From Octopus sinensis (Eukaryota): a stretch of 64,000 nt of DNA. The stretch lies in the NCBI RefSeq assembly GCF_006345805.1, contig NC_043003.1:108376001-108440000 (forward strand). The letters are read 5' to 3'. The translations under genes and the position numbers were made by a program. Below, one piece after another: positions 51,075 through 63,493 of this stretch (positions are counted from its first letter, which is position 1; each line of letters begins with the position of its first letter). The notes beneath the pieces were generated by a model. The model was given only the letters and a program-made list of their open reading frames with translations. It ran no database searches and was not told where the DNA came from.

Positions 51075-52017
51075 TATCACAACTAGGGTTTTAAAGTGAC
51101 TGAAAAATGCTTTTAAGAAATATTCTACATCTAAAGAACAAATTTAACTACAAAGACATCCACAAGATAGCTTTTTCTTTGTGAGATAGTTTGTGTATGT
51201 TTCAACATTTCAACATAATAGGGGTGTTTTGCTTTGTTTTAGTATTACAGCTGTATAAACATCCTAGCACTAACTAGTCGACCATGAAGTAATAATAAAC
51301 ATCTGCTGTTAGTAAAAGTGTGACAAAAATTGTTTTGATCCTCACCATGAAACACAATGCAATGGTTGTGTGATTTTGAACTTCCAGTCATGTAGCCAGA
51401 AATTTTGCACTACAAACCCCAGAAAATTCTTTCATGTTCCAAAAACAAATGTAAACTTTCAAGTTGCTTCACATACAATTTAAACATAAATACATATTTT
51501 CTTTATCTTGTAAAGATACAAAGGCCTTAGGAAAAGGTGGGATGTTTTGTGATATTCATGCTTTTCCAAATTATCAAAATAATTTGTGTTTTAAAAATTT
51601 CTTAATCAGAGGAATAAAAAAGCAGTGCCTGAGACCCTTTTTGGAGCTTCTGGGACTGGTAAGAGGAAGTTATTATCAGATCAGAGACCTGGTCCAAATA
51701 ACTGCAACAGATTGGAACCCATTAAAGACACCCAAGAGCCAAGTTGTTGGATTAAACCTGACAACAAATTCATTGGCTTTAACTCAAAATTAAAAGTGCA
51801 TTGTAGCTCCAGTTGGCCAGACATCCAGTTTGTGCTCTACAGTATTCATCATTGTGCTTATTTATTTTAGAATTACAGAATCACAAATTGAATTTAAGTG
51901 TCAGACTACCAGCCAAAGAATTGGTGATTTCTGTAGAATCCATTAGTTTGGCAGCTCAGCCCAATGCATTGCAGCAAAAGCTGATTCAGCATTCTTCAGA
52001 GATGTTTCAACAGAATA

Positions 52018-52876
52018 AGGCAGTGAGCTGACAGAATCATTAGCAGCCTAAATGCTAAGCAGTATTTAGTCCATTTTTATGTTCTGAATTCAAATTCTGT
52101 CAAGGTCAACTTTGCATTTCATCCCTTTGGGGTCAATTAAATAAATACCAGTTAAACATTGGGCTCAATGTATTTGACTTATTCCTACCCCAGAACTGCT
52201 GACTTTGTGCCAAAATTTGAAACCAATATGTCCCAACAGAAGATGCAAGGCGAATTGATGCAAACCATTATGATAACTGAAAGAAAAATGGTAAAATATT
52301 TTTTTCTACTCTAGGCACAAGGCTCGGAATTTTGGGGAGGGGGCCAGTCAATTAGATCAACTCCAGTATGCAACTGGTACCTAATTTATCAACCCCAAAA
52401 AGATGAAAGGGATAAAAAAAATCGACCTCAGTTGAATTTGAACTCAGAGCATAAAGATAGACAAAATACCTCTAAGCATTTCAATTCTGTATCATTTATA
52501 TCCAGCCTTTATCTAAAATACATTTTGGATTACAAACCACTAAGAGGTAACATGTAGGTCTGAATCTAAAGGACTAAGGTTTTGAACTAGAAGAGTGAAA
52601 TGCACACATGCTTTCACATGTAAAAATTAGAAATTAATCATAATTGTTAATATGGAAATACCAAAACTTCCATTTGATAAGACAAATGAGTTTATTCTAA
52701 ATTTCTGAAAAAATGTGGCTGAGTGAATAAGAAATTTGCTTCCTAACCATTTGCTTCTTCACTGCATCGCATCTGGGGCAAGAGTTTTCTATCATAGCTT
52801 CAGGCTAATCAAAGTCTTGTGAGTGGATTTGGTAGGCAGAAACTGAGAGAAGCCCACTGCATGTGTGTAGGTGTAC

Positions 52877-52923
<47 letters not shown>

Positions 52924-53140
52924 CTATATATATATACACACACACACACACACGTCTTTGTCCCCACCAAAGCTTGACAACAGGTGTTGGTTTGTTTACA
53001 TCCCCATAACTTAGCACTTTAGCATTAGAGATCTATAGAATAAGTACCAGGCTTCAAAAAATCTAAGTACTGGGATCAATTCATTAGGTCAAATCCCTTC
53101 AAGATGGTGCCCCAACATGGCTATAGTCCAATGACAAACA
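52018..53140. mobile_element. CpG-decayed SINE copies: family B (52018-52230 +, 52300-52480 -) and family A (52714-53140 +)
   Basis: Align to families A and B with most CG changed to TG/CA. Confidence 0.75.
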
Positions 53141-53704
53141 AGATATATGCACACATATATGAATTGATATTTTGTGTTATGTTACATTTTGTAACTCAAT
53201 TATGCCAACTCACTGAACCTCAACATGGTCGCTTGACTTACTAGAAATAGCAGCCAAACATTTTTCAAACATCACCCAACAATCTTTAAGAAAGAAAGAC
53301 TTTAGATGGTGAAAATGGGATGATCAAGGTTGGAATGCCTTTGGTCATAAATCTGTTAAATCAGGGCTCACCTGAGACAAAACAGCATCTACTTGCCAAT
53401 GACAAAATTGGTCAGGATATCCATGCAAACTTGATATGAATTAACTCTGGTGATACAAACATTATATTATGAGTTTAGAGAGAAAGCAGGACACTAAGAA
53501 AATGTGTCGATTTAATTAAATGGACTATTTTTTGCAGTGCTTAAGCTATTAGGAAGAATTGGATCAAGTTTTAGAGTCCATTCCAGAGAAAGAGTAAAAT
53601 ATATTAAAAAAATGAAAAAATGCAATTTGATTCATTTTCAAATAATTTGTTCAAACCATTATCCTGAACTTAAATTGTGTTGGTAATAAGAAAATTCCTC
53701 CTCC

Positions 53705-53935
53705 TCATCATCATCACTTAACATCCGCCTTCCATGCTAGCATGGGTTGGACGATTTGACTGAGGATTGGCGAACCAGATGGCTGCACCAGGCTCCAATT
53801 TGATCTGGCAAAGTTTCTACAGCTGGATGCCCTTCCTAACGCCAACAACTCCGAGAGTGTAGTGGGTGCTTTTATGTGCCAATGGCACGAGGGCCAGTCT
53901 GGTGGGACTGACAACGGCCACGCTCAAATGGTGTT
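53705..53935 (-). mobile_element. RTE-tail SINE or fragment
   Basis: Same tail as 29870-30001, preceded by (CAT)n. Confidence 0.78.
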
Positions 53936-54436
53936 ATATACATACATGCATACAAAAGTATGTATAAGAAATGTATGTATATATATATAAGTATGTATAT
54001 ATACATACAACAAAAGTATATTTAAGAAATAATGAAGATTCATTTGAATAAGGTTCTTAAGTTGATGCACCAAGCCAGTCTGGTATTAAACAAAACAAAA
54101 AATTTTAAAAAGCATGAATTAACTAAGAAGTTGAGCTACATCGGTTGATGAGAGACTGGGGCAACTGATTTAGCAGATTTAATGGGTTGTATCGCAGTCA
54201 TTATTGTATTATGTCCCCTGAAAACCTTCTCACCATAAAGAGATGCTACGTGGAGACAATGTTTATTTAGTTGTAGTAACAGTGTTCTTAACTGATTCGA
54301 GGACCAAAAAAAGGCGATTATGAAAGGACGAAGGAAGTTACAGACTGCTCATGGAAAGCTGGTACACTAATTATTTAATCAACAGATGAAGGATGACAAA
54401 TTTCTTTTACATGTTTCAGACATTTAAATACGGCCG

Positions 54437-54735
54437 TTTTAAAGGGTTTAATCAAAGAAGTCAGCCCCAGGACTTATTCTTTGTAAGCCTAAAACTTATC
54501 CTCTTAGTTTCTTTTGTGCCAAACAGCTAAGTTATGGGGACATAAACACACCAACATCGGTTGCCAAGCAATGGTAGGGGAACAAACACAAAGACACACA
54601 CACATATGTATGACAGGCTTCTTTCAGTTTCTATCAAATCCACTCACAAGGCTTTGGTCAGCTTGAAGGTGCCACACAGTGGGACTGAATCCAGAAGCAT
54701 GTGTCTAGGAAGCAACATTCTTACCATACTGGCAC
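54437..54735 (-). mobile_element. Family-A SINE, CpG-decayed
   Basis: Alignment to 20139-20532. Confidence 0.8.
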
Positions 54736-55265
54736 CTGTTTTTGTTTTTACTTTTGTTTAGCCAGAGAAAGAAGAGCAGTAAACCCTTTGTAGAACTTCT
54801 GAGATTGGTGAGAAGGGATAAAACTTACCCTCAGACTGAAGATTTGATCCTATTTTTTACAGCAAAGCATACTCCACTATTCTAATCCACATGCACAGTT
54901 GAGGGAGTATTAAACTGAAGAATAGAAGAAATCTACCAACCAAGAACAGAAATGCTCTCTTCAACAGGCTTCTACAATTTCTTTCAACCAGATTTTACTT
55001 GCAATGCTTCTGTTAGTCCATGGTGCAGTACAGTAGGATCAAACCAGAAACCATGTAGTAGTGAAATTTCTGCAATACATTTGAAATAACGTAGAAAGAA
55101 AACTAAGTGCAATAAGATGTTTGTTCTTTTTCTTTTATGATGGCAGTACCAAGATTCAATCTTCTCAATGAACAAAAATAAATTTCTGTTAGTGAGATAC
55201 TATGAAGATATTAAAATTAATTTTTTTTTTTTAAAAAGCATTGAAATCTTTGATATTTTTTATCA

Positions 55266-55453
55266 CAGGTGTCCCCAACTATAGGCATAGGAGTGGCTGT
55301 GTGGTAAGTAGCTTGTTTACGAACCACATGGTTCCAAGTTCAGTCCCACTGCGTGGCACCTTGGGCAAGTGTCTTCTACTATAGCCTTGGGCCGACCAAA
55401 GCCTTGTGAGTGGATTTGGTAGACAGAAACTGAAAGAAGCCCATCATATATAC

Positions 55454-55501
<48 letters not shown>

Positions 55502-55990
55502 ATGTGTGTGTGTGTGTCTGTGTTTGTCCCCCCAACATTGCTTGACAACCGATGCTAGTGTGTTTACACCCCCGTAACTTAGTGGTTTAGCAAAAGAGAC
55601 CAATAGAATAAGTACTAGGCTTACAAAGTCTTGGAGTCAATGTGCTTGACTAAAGGCAGCACTCCAGCATGGCCACAGTCAAATGATGGAAAAAGTAAAA
55701 GAGTAAAAGAGTAACTACCAAACTGTGGGCCAGTGCCAGGCTATCATTTGATACCAGGCCATAGAGAAAAATATTTGTAAATCTTATTTCTATTTTACTG
55801 ACTATTGCAGTCTGTAGAATGTTTTTGCATTATATCTATATTACATATGTAATATATGTGTGTTATATTTGTAATAACTAAATTATATGTTTTGCACTTT
55901 ATTGTTTTGTTAGGTGTGATTCCCCCAAACCATGGAAAAATGGTCTTCTATGAAACAAGTCCATGGGGCAAAAAGGATCGCAGATCACTG
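55266..55990 (+). mobile_element. hAT (Charlie/MER1-like) MITE containing a family-A SINE (55286-55714)
   Basis: 5' end CAGGTGTCCCCAAC; 3' end ccatggaaaaatggtcttctatgaaac..caaaaaggatcgcagatcactg resembles MER1-type termini. TSD not recognisable. Confidence 0.6.
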
Positions 55991-56959
55991 CTTCGTCGAA
56001 CTGCCAAGCATTTCTTTTTTTCCTGCAGAATGATGAAACGGCACCATCTCCAAATGTAAGTCAGCGGTTCCTGACTTTGGTGGGACAAACAGAAACAGTG
56101 CTCAAGCTTTTTAAAACCTTACAATGGACAATGTGTTTAATTACTTAATTACATATAACTTACAATTAAGAAATGAAAACAGGAAGAACAAATTTTTGTT
56201 AGTTAATAAAGTCAATTGAGTAAAGGAGAACCGGGTTTCATGGAAAAACTAATTTAAATAAAAAGGGTCCTTAATAATCAAAAGTTAGAAACAACTGATG
56301 TAATTCATTCTACTTGAAGAATACACGAAAGAAAATAATCTAAATCTAATCCATATCAGAATATTTTGTCTGTCACTGTTGGTAATCATCTGACTCATTT
56401 TAAGTTACAAACATGAGAGGACTTTTTCTGACAACTTTAGTAATAAAAATTTTCCTTTCAAAACAACATAGTTTGTATGAAACACATAAGCAGAGAACAC
56501 AATGAAAAGGTGATCAGGAAGGGCCTCGGGAATATTTAAATAGATGCAGGATTAAGATACTTGTAAAATAATTTTTTTTTTAACTTAAGGCTGTTGGCAG
56601 TGTTGATTAATGAAATAGAGGCACCTGCTAATCTATATTATAAAGTAAATTCAGAGTCCAAAGACTAGCAATGGTCAACAGCAACAAAAATTATGAAGAA
56701 ATTCATAAGTTTGGATAAGTCTGTATATGCTGAGGAGAGCAACTTATCTAATCTTGGTGTCAGGATAAACCCCAAAACAAGTGGATAATTTGTTGTATGG
56801 ACGTTGTGTATTATAGGGGTGGATGTTAGAAATGTACACTTTCTGTAAGGCAGAGCAGAGAAGGCAACAAGTGCTGAAGAGCAGAGCAGACAAGACAATA
56901 GGGAAGTGTCGTGTGTGTATAGACACATAAGAGGTGCAGTAATATCAAAGGGAGGCTAA

Positions 56960-57346
56960 CTTGGAAGATAGTTTTTGTATGTGGCAGATGCTCAGGAGCA
57001 ATAAACACTGGAAATGAGCAGAGAACAACTTCCGTCACATTCCAGGAAGAAAAACTAGAAGTAGTTGACAGCTTGCATTACCTAAGTGACCAAGTCAGTT
57101 GTGGGGGTGGGTGATCTGAAAGTGTAGCTGCTAGAATAAGAATAGCCTGGGCAAAGTTCAGAGAGCTCCTACTTCTGCTGGTGACAAAGGGCCTGGCCCT
57201 TATGCCAGTGGCACGTATAAGCACCCACTACACTCTCAGAGTGGTTGGCGTTAGGAAGGTCATCCAGCTGTAGAAACTCTGCCAGTCCTCAGCCAAACCG
57301 TCCAACCCATGCCAGCATGGAAAGCAGACGTTAAACAATGATGATG
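56960..57346 (+). mobile_element. 5'-truncated, internally deleted RTE LINE
   Basis: CGRCSGAI..KLEVVDSLHYLSDQV..ARIRIAWAKFRELL joined to an RTE tail ending gttaaacaatgatgatg. Confidence 0.8.
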
Positions 57347-57354
57347 TTTAATGT

Positions 57355-58010
57355 TCGTTGTCTATGCTGGACGGTTTGATTGGGGCTGGCAAGCCAGAAG
57401 GCTGCACCAGATTCCAGTCTGATTTGGCTTGATTTCTATGGCAGGATGCCCTTCCTAATGCCCAACCACTCAGAGTATAATGGGTACCTTTACATACCAC
57501 CAGTACGGGTACCATTTGCATGACACTGGTATCTGCCACAACTGCAATTTTGCTCAGCTTGATGGGTCTTCTTCTTCTCAAGCATGACATAATCCCAAAG
57601 GTCTCAGTCGTTGCCTCTGTGAGGCCCAGTACTCGAAAGGAGCTCAGCCACTTTGCCTCCATGAGGCCCAACACTCTAAAGGTGCTTTTTACATGCTTCA
57701 TATAAACATACACATCTTTATCCTTTTCTTGTTTCAGTCACTGGACTGCAGCCATGTTGGGGACCACCTTGAAGAATTTTAGTTAAATGAATCAACCCCA
57801 GTAATTTTTTTTTTTAAGCCTTGTAATTAATTATTCTCCGAGTCTCTTTTGTAGACATAGACACAAGGACATAAACACACCAACACCAACTGTCAAACAG
57901 TGGAGAAAACACACAGACAGACATATCTATATATATATGATGGGCTTTTTTTCAGCTGAAAATTATAGAAGACACTTGCTCAAGGTGACACAGCTATTCT
58001 AGCACCTATA
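57355..58010 (-). mobile_element. RTE-tail SINE (57355-57700) and decayed family-A SINE (57718-58010)
   Basis: Alignment to other copies in the window. Confidence 0.72.
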
Positions 58011-58504
58011 CCGTTATGCCTGCACATATATATATATATATATGTGTGTGTGTGCAGGAAGCATGTGTGTGTATATATATATATACATACACACACACAC
58101 TTCCTGGGAGCCAGAGCTGAGAACACAATGAAAAAAATGTGGAAGAGACTTAAGAATATTTGATTTATGTAAGATAAATGCAGGATTAAGAAACTTCATC
58201 ATCATCATCATCGTAAAATGAAAATAAAAAAACTCAAAGCTGTTGGTAGTGTTGGTGAAATAGAGGTACCTATCAATCTATATTATAGTAAATTCAGTCC
58301 AAGGAAACTAGCGATGGTTTACAATAGCAAAAATTATAATGAAATTCCTAAGTTTGGGTAAGTTTGTATATGCTGTAAGGAGAGAAGGGGAATTTCATTT
58401 TTTATGACAGATTCATTCATCTGTGAGAATTGGGAGTTCTTACTTTTTTTTTTTTACCCAGAAGGATCAGTCCTATAACCTGATTCATAATAATACAAAC
58501 CCCT

Positions 58505-59050
58505 AAGGGAAAGAGCTGGCAAAACCGTTGGTGCTTGAGACAAAATGCAGCAATTCTTCCAGCTCTTTACAAATATCATTGAGGATAACTTTGCCTTTCA
58601 TCCATTCAAAGTCAATAGAATGAAGTACCAGTCAAGCACTGGGGTCCCTACCCTCAAGATTGCTGGCTTTGTATCAGAATTTGAAACAATTATGAAACAG
58701 AATCTAATAATCTGAGACCCCCTTCGGTAACGACATAGACCATGGGATTGCACCTAGAAAGTTACCCTCCCAGGCACAAGTACGGGCAAGGTTGTTTATG
58801 GAAGACCAGCAGTCGCCCATGCATACCGGCCTCCCCTCTCCACGCTACCAGTGTTATCCAAGGGAAAGGCAAAGGGGCCGATACAGCTTGGCACCTGTGA
58901 CGTCGCAACTCATTTCTACAGCTAAGCGAACTGGAGCAACGTGAAATAAAGTATCTTGCTCAAGAACACAACACGCAGCCCAGTCCGGGATTCGAGCTCA
59001 CGTCACGATCGTAAGCTCGACGCTCTAACCACTGAGCCATGCGCCTTCAC
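58505..59050. mobile_element. Decayed family-B SINE (58505-58690 +) and young CORE-like SINE (58716-59050 -)
   Basis: Reverse complement head gtgaaggcgcatggctcagtggttagagcg..gctcgaatccc; CORE-like cttgagcaagatactttatttcacgttgctccag. Confidence 0.8.
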
Positions 59051-60993
59051 AGAATCTAATAATCAGTTTGTTAGTATTGCTGATTATGTAGTAGAGAGCT
59101 TAAGGATTTTATATTACACTAACAAAATGTTTATTTTTTCAATTTTCTTTTTCTTTGGTCATTAAGAGTTATTTCCTATTTGCTTCTGTCTAGAAATCAA
59201 AAGAAATTAGTACTATTCTCTTCAAATTTTGTTTGTGAACTGGACACCATGTTTCAAAACTGACCTATTTTCCATTACACAAGTTGCTGAAGCAGAAATA
59301 TCATTACAGCAAATATTCTGTTCAATACCACAGATTTGCTTGACGTTAACCGCTTGAACATATCCCTTAATAGCTGACAATATGTGCATCTCTGATTATG
59401 AGATGTAGTAGTTGGGGAGCCATCATAGCCATGTGTTGAGGGAGATTCTTCGGGGTTTGAATAAAGTTTGACAGAAATATTAGACAGGAATTACAACCGT
59501 GTTTCGTGGTCTGCTACCACAACAGCTCCTTTATAGGATCCAGTTAGCTTAAGACATCATCAGGAGGAACCACGTCCAGTTTCGGCCCCTACTCCTCTAC
59601 CGTTTTGACGTAGCGGGCCCCCCTGCCCCCTTTCAGTGGTGTCTTCAGCTCTGATGTTGGGTGCATGTCTTCTTTCTTCTTCTTTCTCCTGTTCCCTGGC
59701 CTCTTCGATGTACCAGCAGCAAGTGTCAGCCGGTGACTGACTGACTTGTCAAATTTTTCCCTTTAAATACTTGCTGCTAGGCTCCAGCAAGTTGTCATGT
59801 GACACTGTCTCACCATAACTGACTAGTGAAGGTGCATAGTTTTAGCCTGCGCATTCTCTAAACGACCGTCACCTGTCATACTTTCTACAGGTAAGCAAAT
59901 AGGAAATAACAGTTGCTACCCAAGGACAAAATTTGTGTTACCTGGTGTCATTTTTATGTTATTTGCTAAACAGAGGATACCTTAAATGTAAACAAAACTG
60001 GAAATGTGATGTTTTTTAAGACATTAACAGCATAAGAAAAGTGATATAGCTTCAACAGTGGAATTGTGCTGCAATGCCAAATTTAGCCGATGGTTACCGC
60101 TTGCTCTATGGTTCTGGCCAAAGTAAACAGTAAAACAAAAAGAAGTAAATTCTTCAATTTCATTTTGATGCCCAATCACACGCTTGGATCTCTAATGAAT
60201 ATTTACTAAGCTGAAAGTCAATAAATATATAGAAAATTTTTCATAAATTCTCAACACTTCACAAAAAATTGAATTCATACATTTTTTTTTATATAGAAAC
60301 AGTGTTTTTATGTAAAATAAAACAAAAGAAAAAAAAATCATATAAAAGAACAAAAGTATGATAAACTGTAGGCATTTTGGCCAATTGGTTTGATTTATGT
60401 TTGTTTTGTTTGGTTTTCTTTTTTTCCAGCAAATCTGCTACAGTTGTTTCGTTGTGCCGGAGCAGGACATTCTACATATACATACGTATGTATATATGCA
60501 CATTATATATAAATACATACATACAGACAACACACATACATACATATATATTATATAATATTATAGATACATACATACATACATATACGCACACACACGC
60601 ACATCATTTCACTTAGCTGTCAAGAATAAGCATCAAAAATCTGATGGAAAGTCAATGGCTGTGATTATCCACAAGTAGAAACATTTTTTTGTTCAAAAAG
60701 GGTCAAGCACTAGTATGTGAAATAAGTATTTAAGGATGTAACATTAATGTAATGATATGCTAAATCTGAAGGAGGAGGGAAAAAAAACACTGAAAAGTTC
60801 ACAGAGTAATAATCATTCTTTATTCTTTGATAGGGAAACCAATCTTTCCCTTCGGGTAACTGTTTTCAACCTCTTATGAAGACGGTAGTTTTCAATATAT
60901 CTTTTTTCATTTTCATTTTACTATTATCTATATGTGATATGACTGGAATTCAAACAGAAGTTTATACTCCTTTTGAATAAATAAATAAATAAT

Positions 60994-61024
<31 letters not shown>

Positions 61025-61991
61025 AACTCACAGATGTTTCTTACAGACAATTTATAATAAAGCTGTGGACCTAGCAGCATTAATATGGGCAGCCAGCAAA
61101 TTTATACAAGTAGAACTGCATTTTTTTTTTCCTTTTCTTTTTAAATCTAGTAGCTGTGACCAAATCAAAGGCAGTACTATAGTTTACCAGTAACCACACT
61201 GGAATAGAATGTTATATACTCTTGAAACTTTTGGAAATGACGCAGAAAAAAAAAAACAAGAGTTCTTACATTTTACAGGAAGTCATTTAGACATGACATT
61301 ATCATTATATATATATATGTGTGTGTGTGTATATATATAAATTGAAAGTATTTAGCTATAAATAACTGTAATAAATGACAAATAAACGTGCCACAGACAG
61401 ACAAGTTTCCAAACTGACATATACACACAGTAGGAATATATAGGCATATTTTTATACATACACTCACACATACATACAAAACAACCATCAATAAGGACAT
61501 TAATACCAAATGTTATAAACTGTACATCAAAAACAGGTATAAACAGTTAATTTAAGTGGTTCAGTCGGCTATCCATCATCAATCGTCAGAAATTTGAGTA
61601 GAATCAGAAGGTTTTTTTTTTGTTCACAATGAACTTCACATTAAATAAGCAACAGATTCAAGGACAAACCTTGAAGAATACCAAGAAATCATTGAAGAAT
61701 ATCAATATTTACAACATGACCAAGATGGAAAAATAAAACCAGTATTTCAATATTCACTTGTAAATAATCTTTCAGATAAAAAAAAAAAAAAATGGGCTGG
61801 GGGAAATGTCTGAGAATTTATAATAGAAATCATGGTAAAATAAATTTTTTTAAATTTCAATTTATTAAAAATTAGCAGAAAAGAATGTAATGATTGCCAT
61901 TTTTTATGGGAGATGGGAGACAGTGAGAGACCTTGAATATTTCATTTTCTTTTTTTTTACCTTGGTTTTTGCTAGATAATCCTTAATGGAG

Positions 61992-63462
61992 CTACATTTC
62001 TGATACAATACATTCAGAATCTCCTGCAATATCCTCTCGCTGCTGCAGAGCATAAGCAACTGGTATGTTAGCTTGCAGAGGAACAGATGTGCCATCAGTG
62101 GGTTCTTCGAATCCAGACCCTTCAATAATTAAGCTCTGCCCATCAGCAACTGGCACACCCTCCCCTGATTCGCCTTGTATGATCACAAATGTAACTTCCT
62201 CAGGCAGCAATGAGGGATCAAACTCGCCGACATACTGAACATACACATTGGACTCGGAACCAACGCTACTTACTGCCATTAATTCAGTGGCCCCAATGGA
62301 AGTAGGGATGTTAGTGGGAGAACTACTCACACTGTTTGAAGCCTTGCTTGAACAAGCAAGCTGAGTCGAGTCAGACGCGCATAGTAATGAATTTGAAACT
62401 GGACTGTCTTTACGTTCAGTGTCGGATTGGATTTCTTCGCTCCCGGCTGCAGGAAGTTGATTATTTATCAATGTCTCTCCCACAACAGGAAGTGTATTTG
62501 CATCAAGGAGAATCTCTTCTTGGACAACTTCTTCAGAAGTCAGCTGCTGCTCCAAAGAGGGTGGTTCAGGAATTTGCTTTGGACAAGTCTGAAGGGAAGA
62601 GGAACGGCTGGGGTCAGTAGTTACCTTGATACTATCACAAGTTTTTGTTGCTTCACTTGTCGAAGAGACAGCCGGAACAACCTTAACTTCCTTCAAGAAG
62701 CTGGATTCAGTCTGTGTAGCGACTGATATTCTTGGATTAAGGGATCGCTTAACACAGATAACTGAAGATGGTATAACTCGAGATTGGAATGGATTTTTAT
62801 AGGACTTTATATTTGATTCTCCTTTAAGAACAGCTGACCGAGTCTCTAACCTTTTACTACAGAGACACGCCACAGACTCAGGAATTAGTGGCCCCTTTGC
62901 ATTTAAAAAGCTACTAGCTGTGTTACTATTGCAGTTATGATGGTGATGGTGATGATGGTGTAGGTGATGTATGTTATTATTATTATTACTGTTAATACTA
63001 CTGCTACTATTATTACTACTACAACAATTACAAAACACTGACAGTTTGTCTTCGTTGTTACCCAAACAGAGGGCGCCTTTTAATTTCTGCCTCGGAAGGC
63101 AAAACTTCCCTGAACAGTTACATCTAGTTTGTGTCTCGCTAGATGAAGATTCAGAACAAGACGCAGCCACTGCAATACGGTTGGTGTTGGATGCAGTGGC
63201 ACTGCTATCAGTATTCTCTACAACTATTGTGAGCGCATTAGCAGCAGTGGAGCAGCAGTCGTTGCTGTGTTCAGTACTGTTCGTTGCAGCAACACACAAT
63301 GTTGGTGTTAAGTTTTTATCAGGGACCTCTGTAATGGACTCCGCGTTTAAAGTAATGTTTGGTTTATGGACATCTTTACTACTAGTAGCAGTGCTAGAAG
63401 GAGTAGTAGTGCTACAAACAGTCGCAGTAGATGATGATATAGATGTTATACAGCCAGACAAC

Positions 63463-63493
<31 letters not shown>

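Noticed and set aside
51610-51658. Apparent exon (atcag|...|gtaaga) and ORFs 51464-51870
   Set aside because: Homologous to 54760-54900; both read as decayed minus-strand tRNA-SINE heads (B-box-like ggatcaaatc / gggttccaatc).
55856-56059. 67-aa ORF with CpGs suggesting a coding exon
   Set aside because: Its first half is the 3' terminus of a hAT/MER1-like MITE. Only the 27-nt micro-exon candidate was retained.
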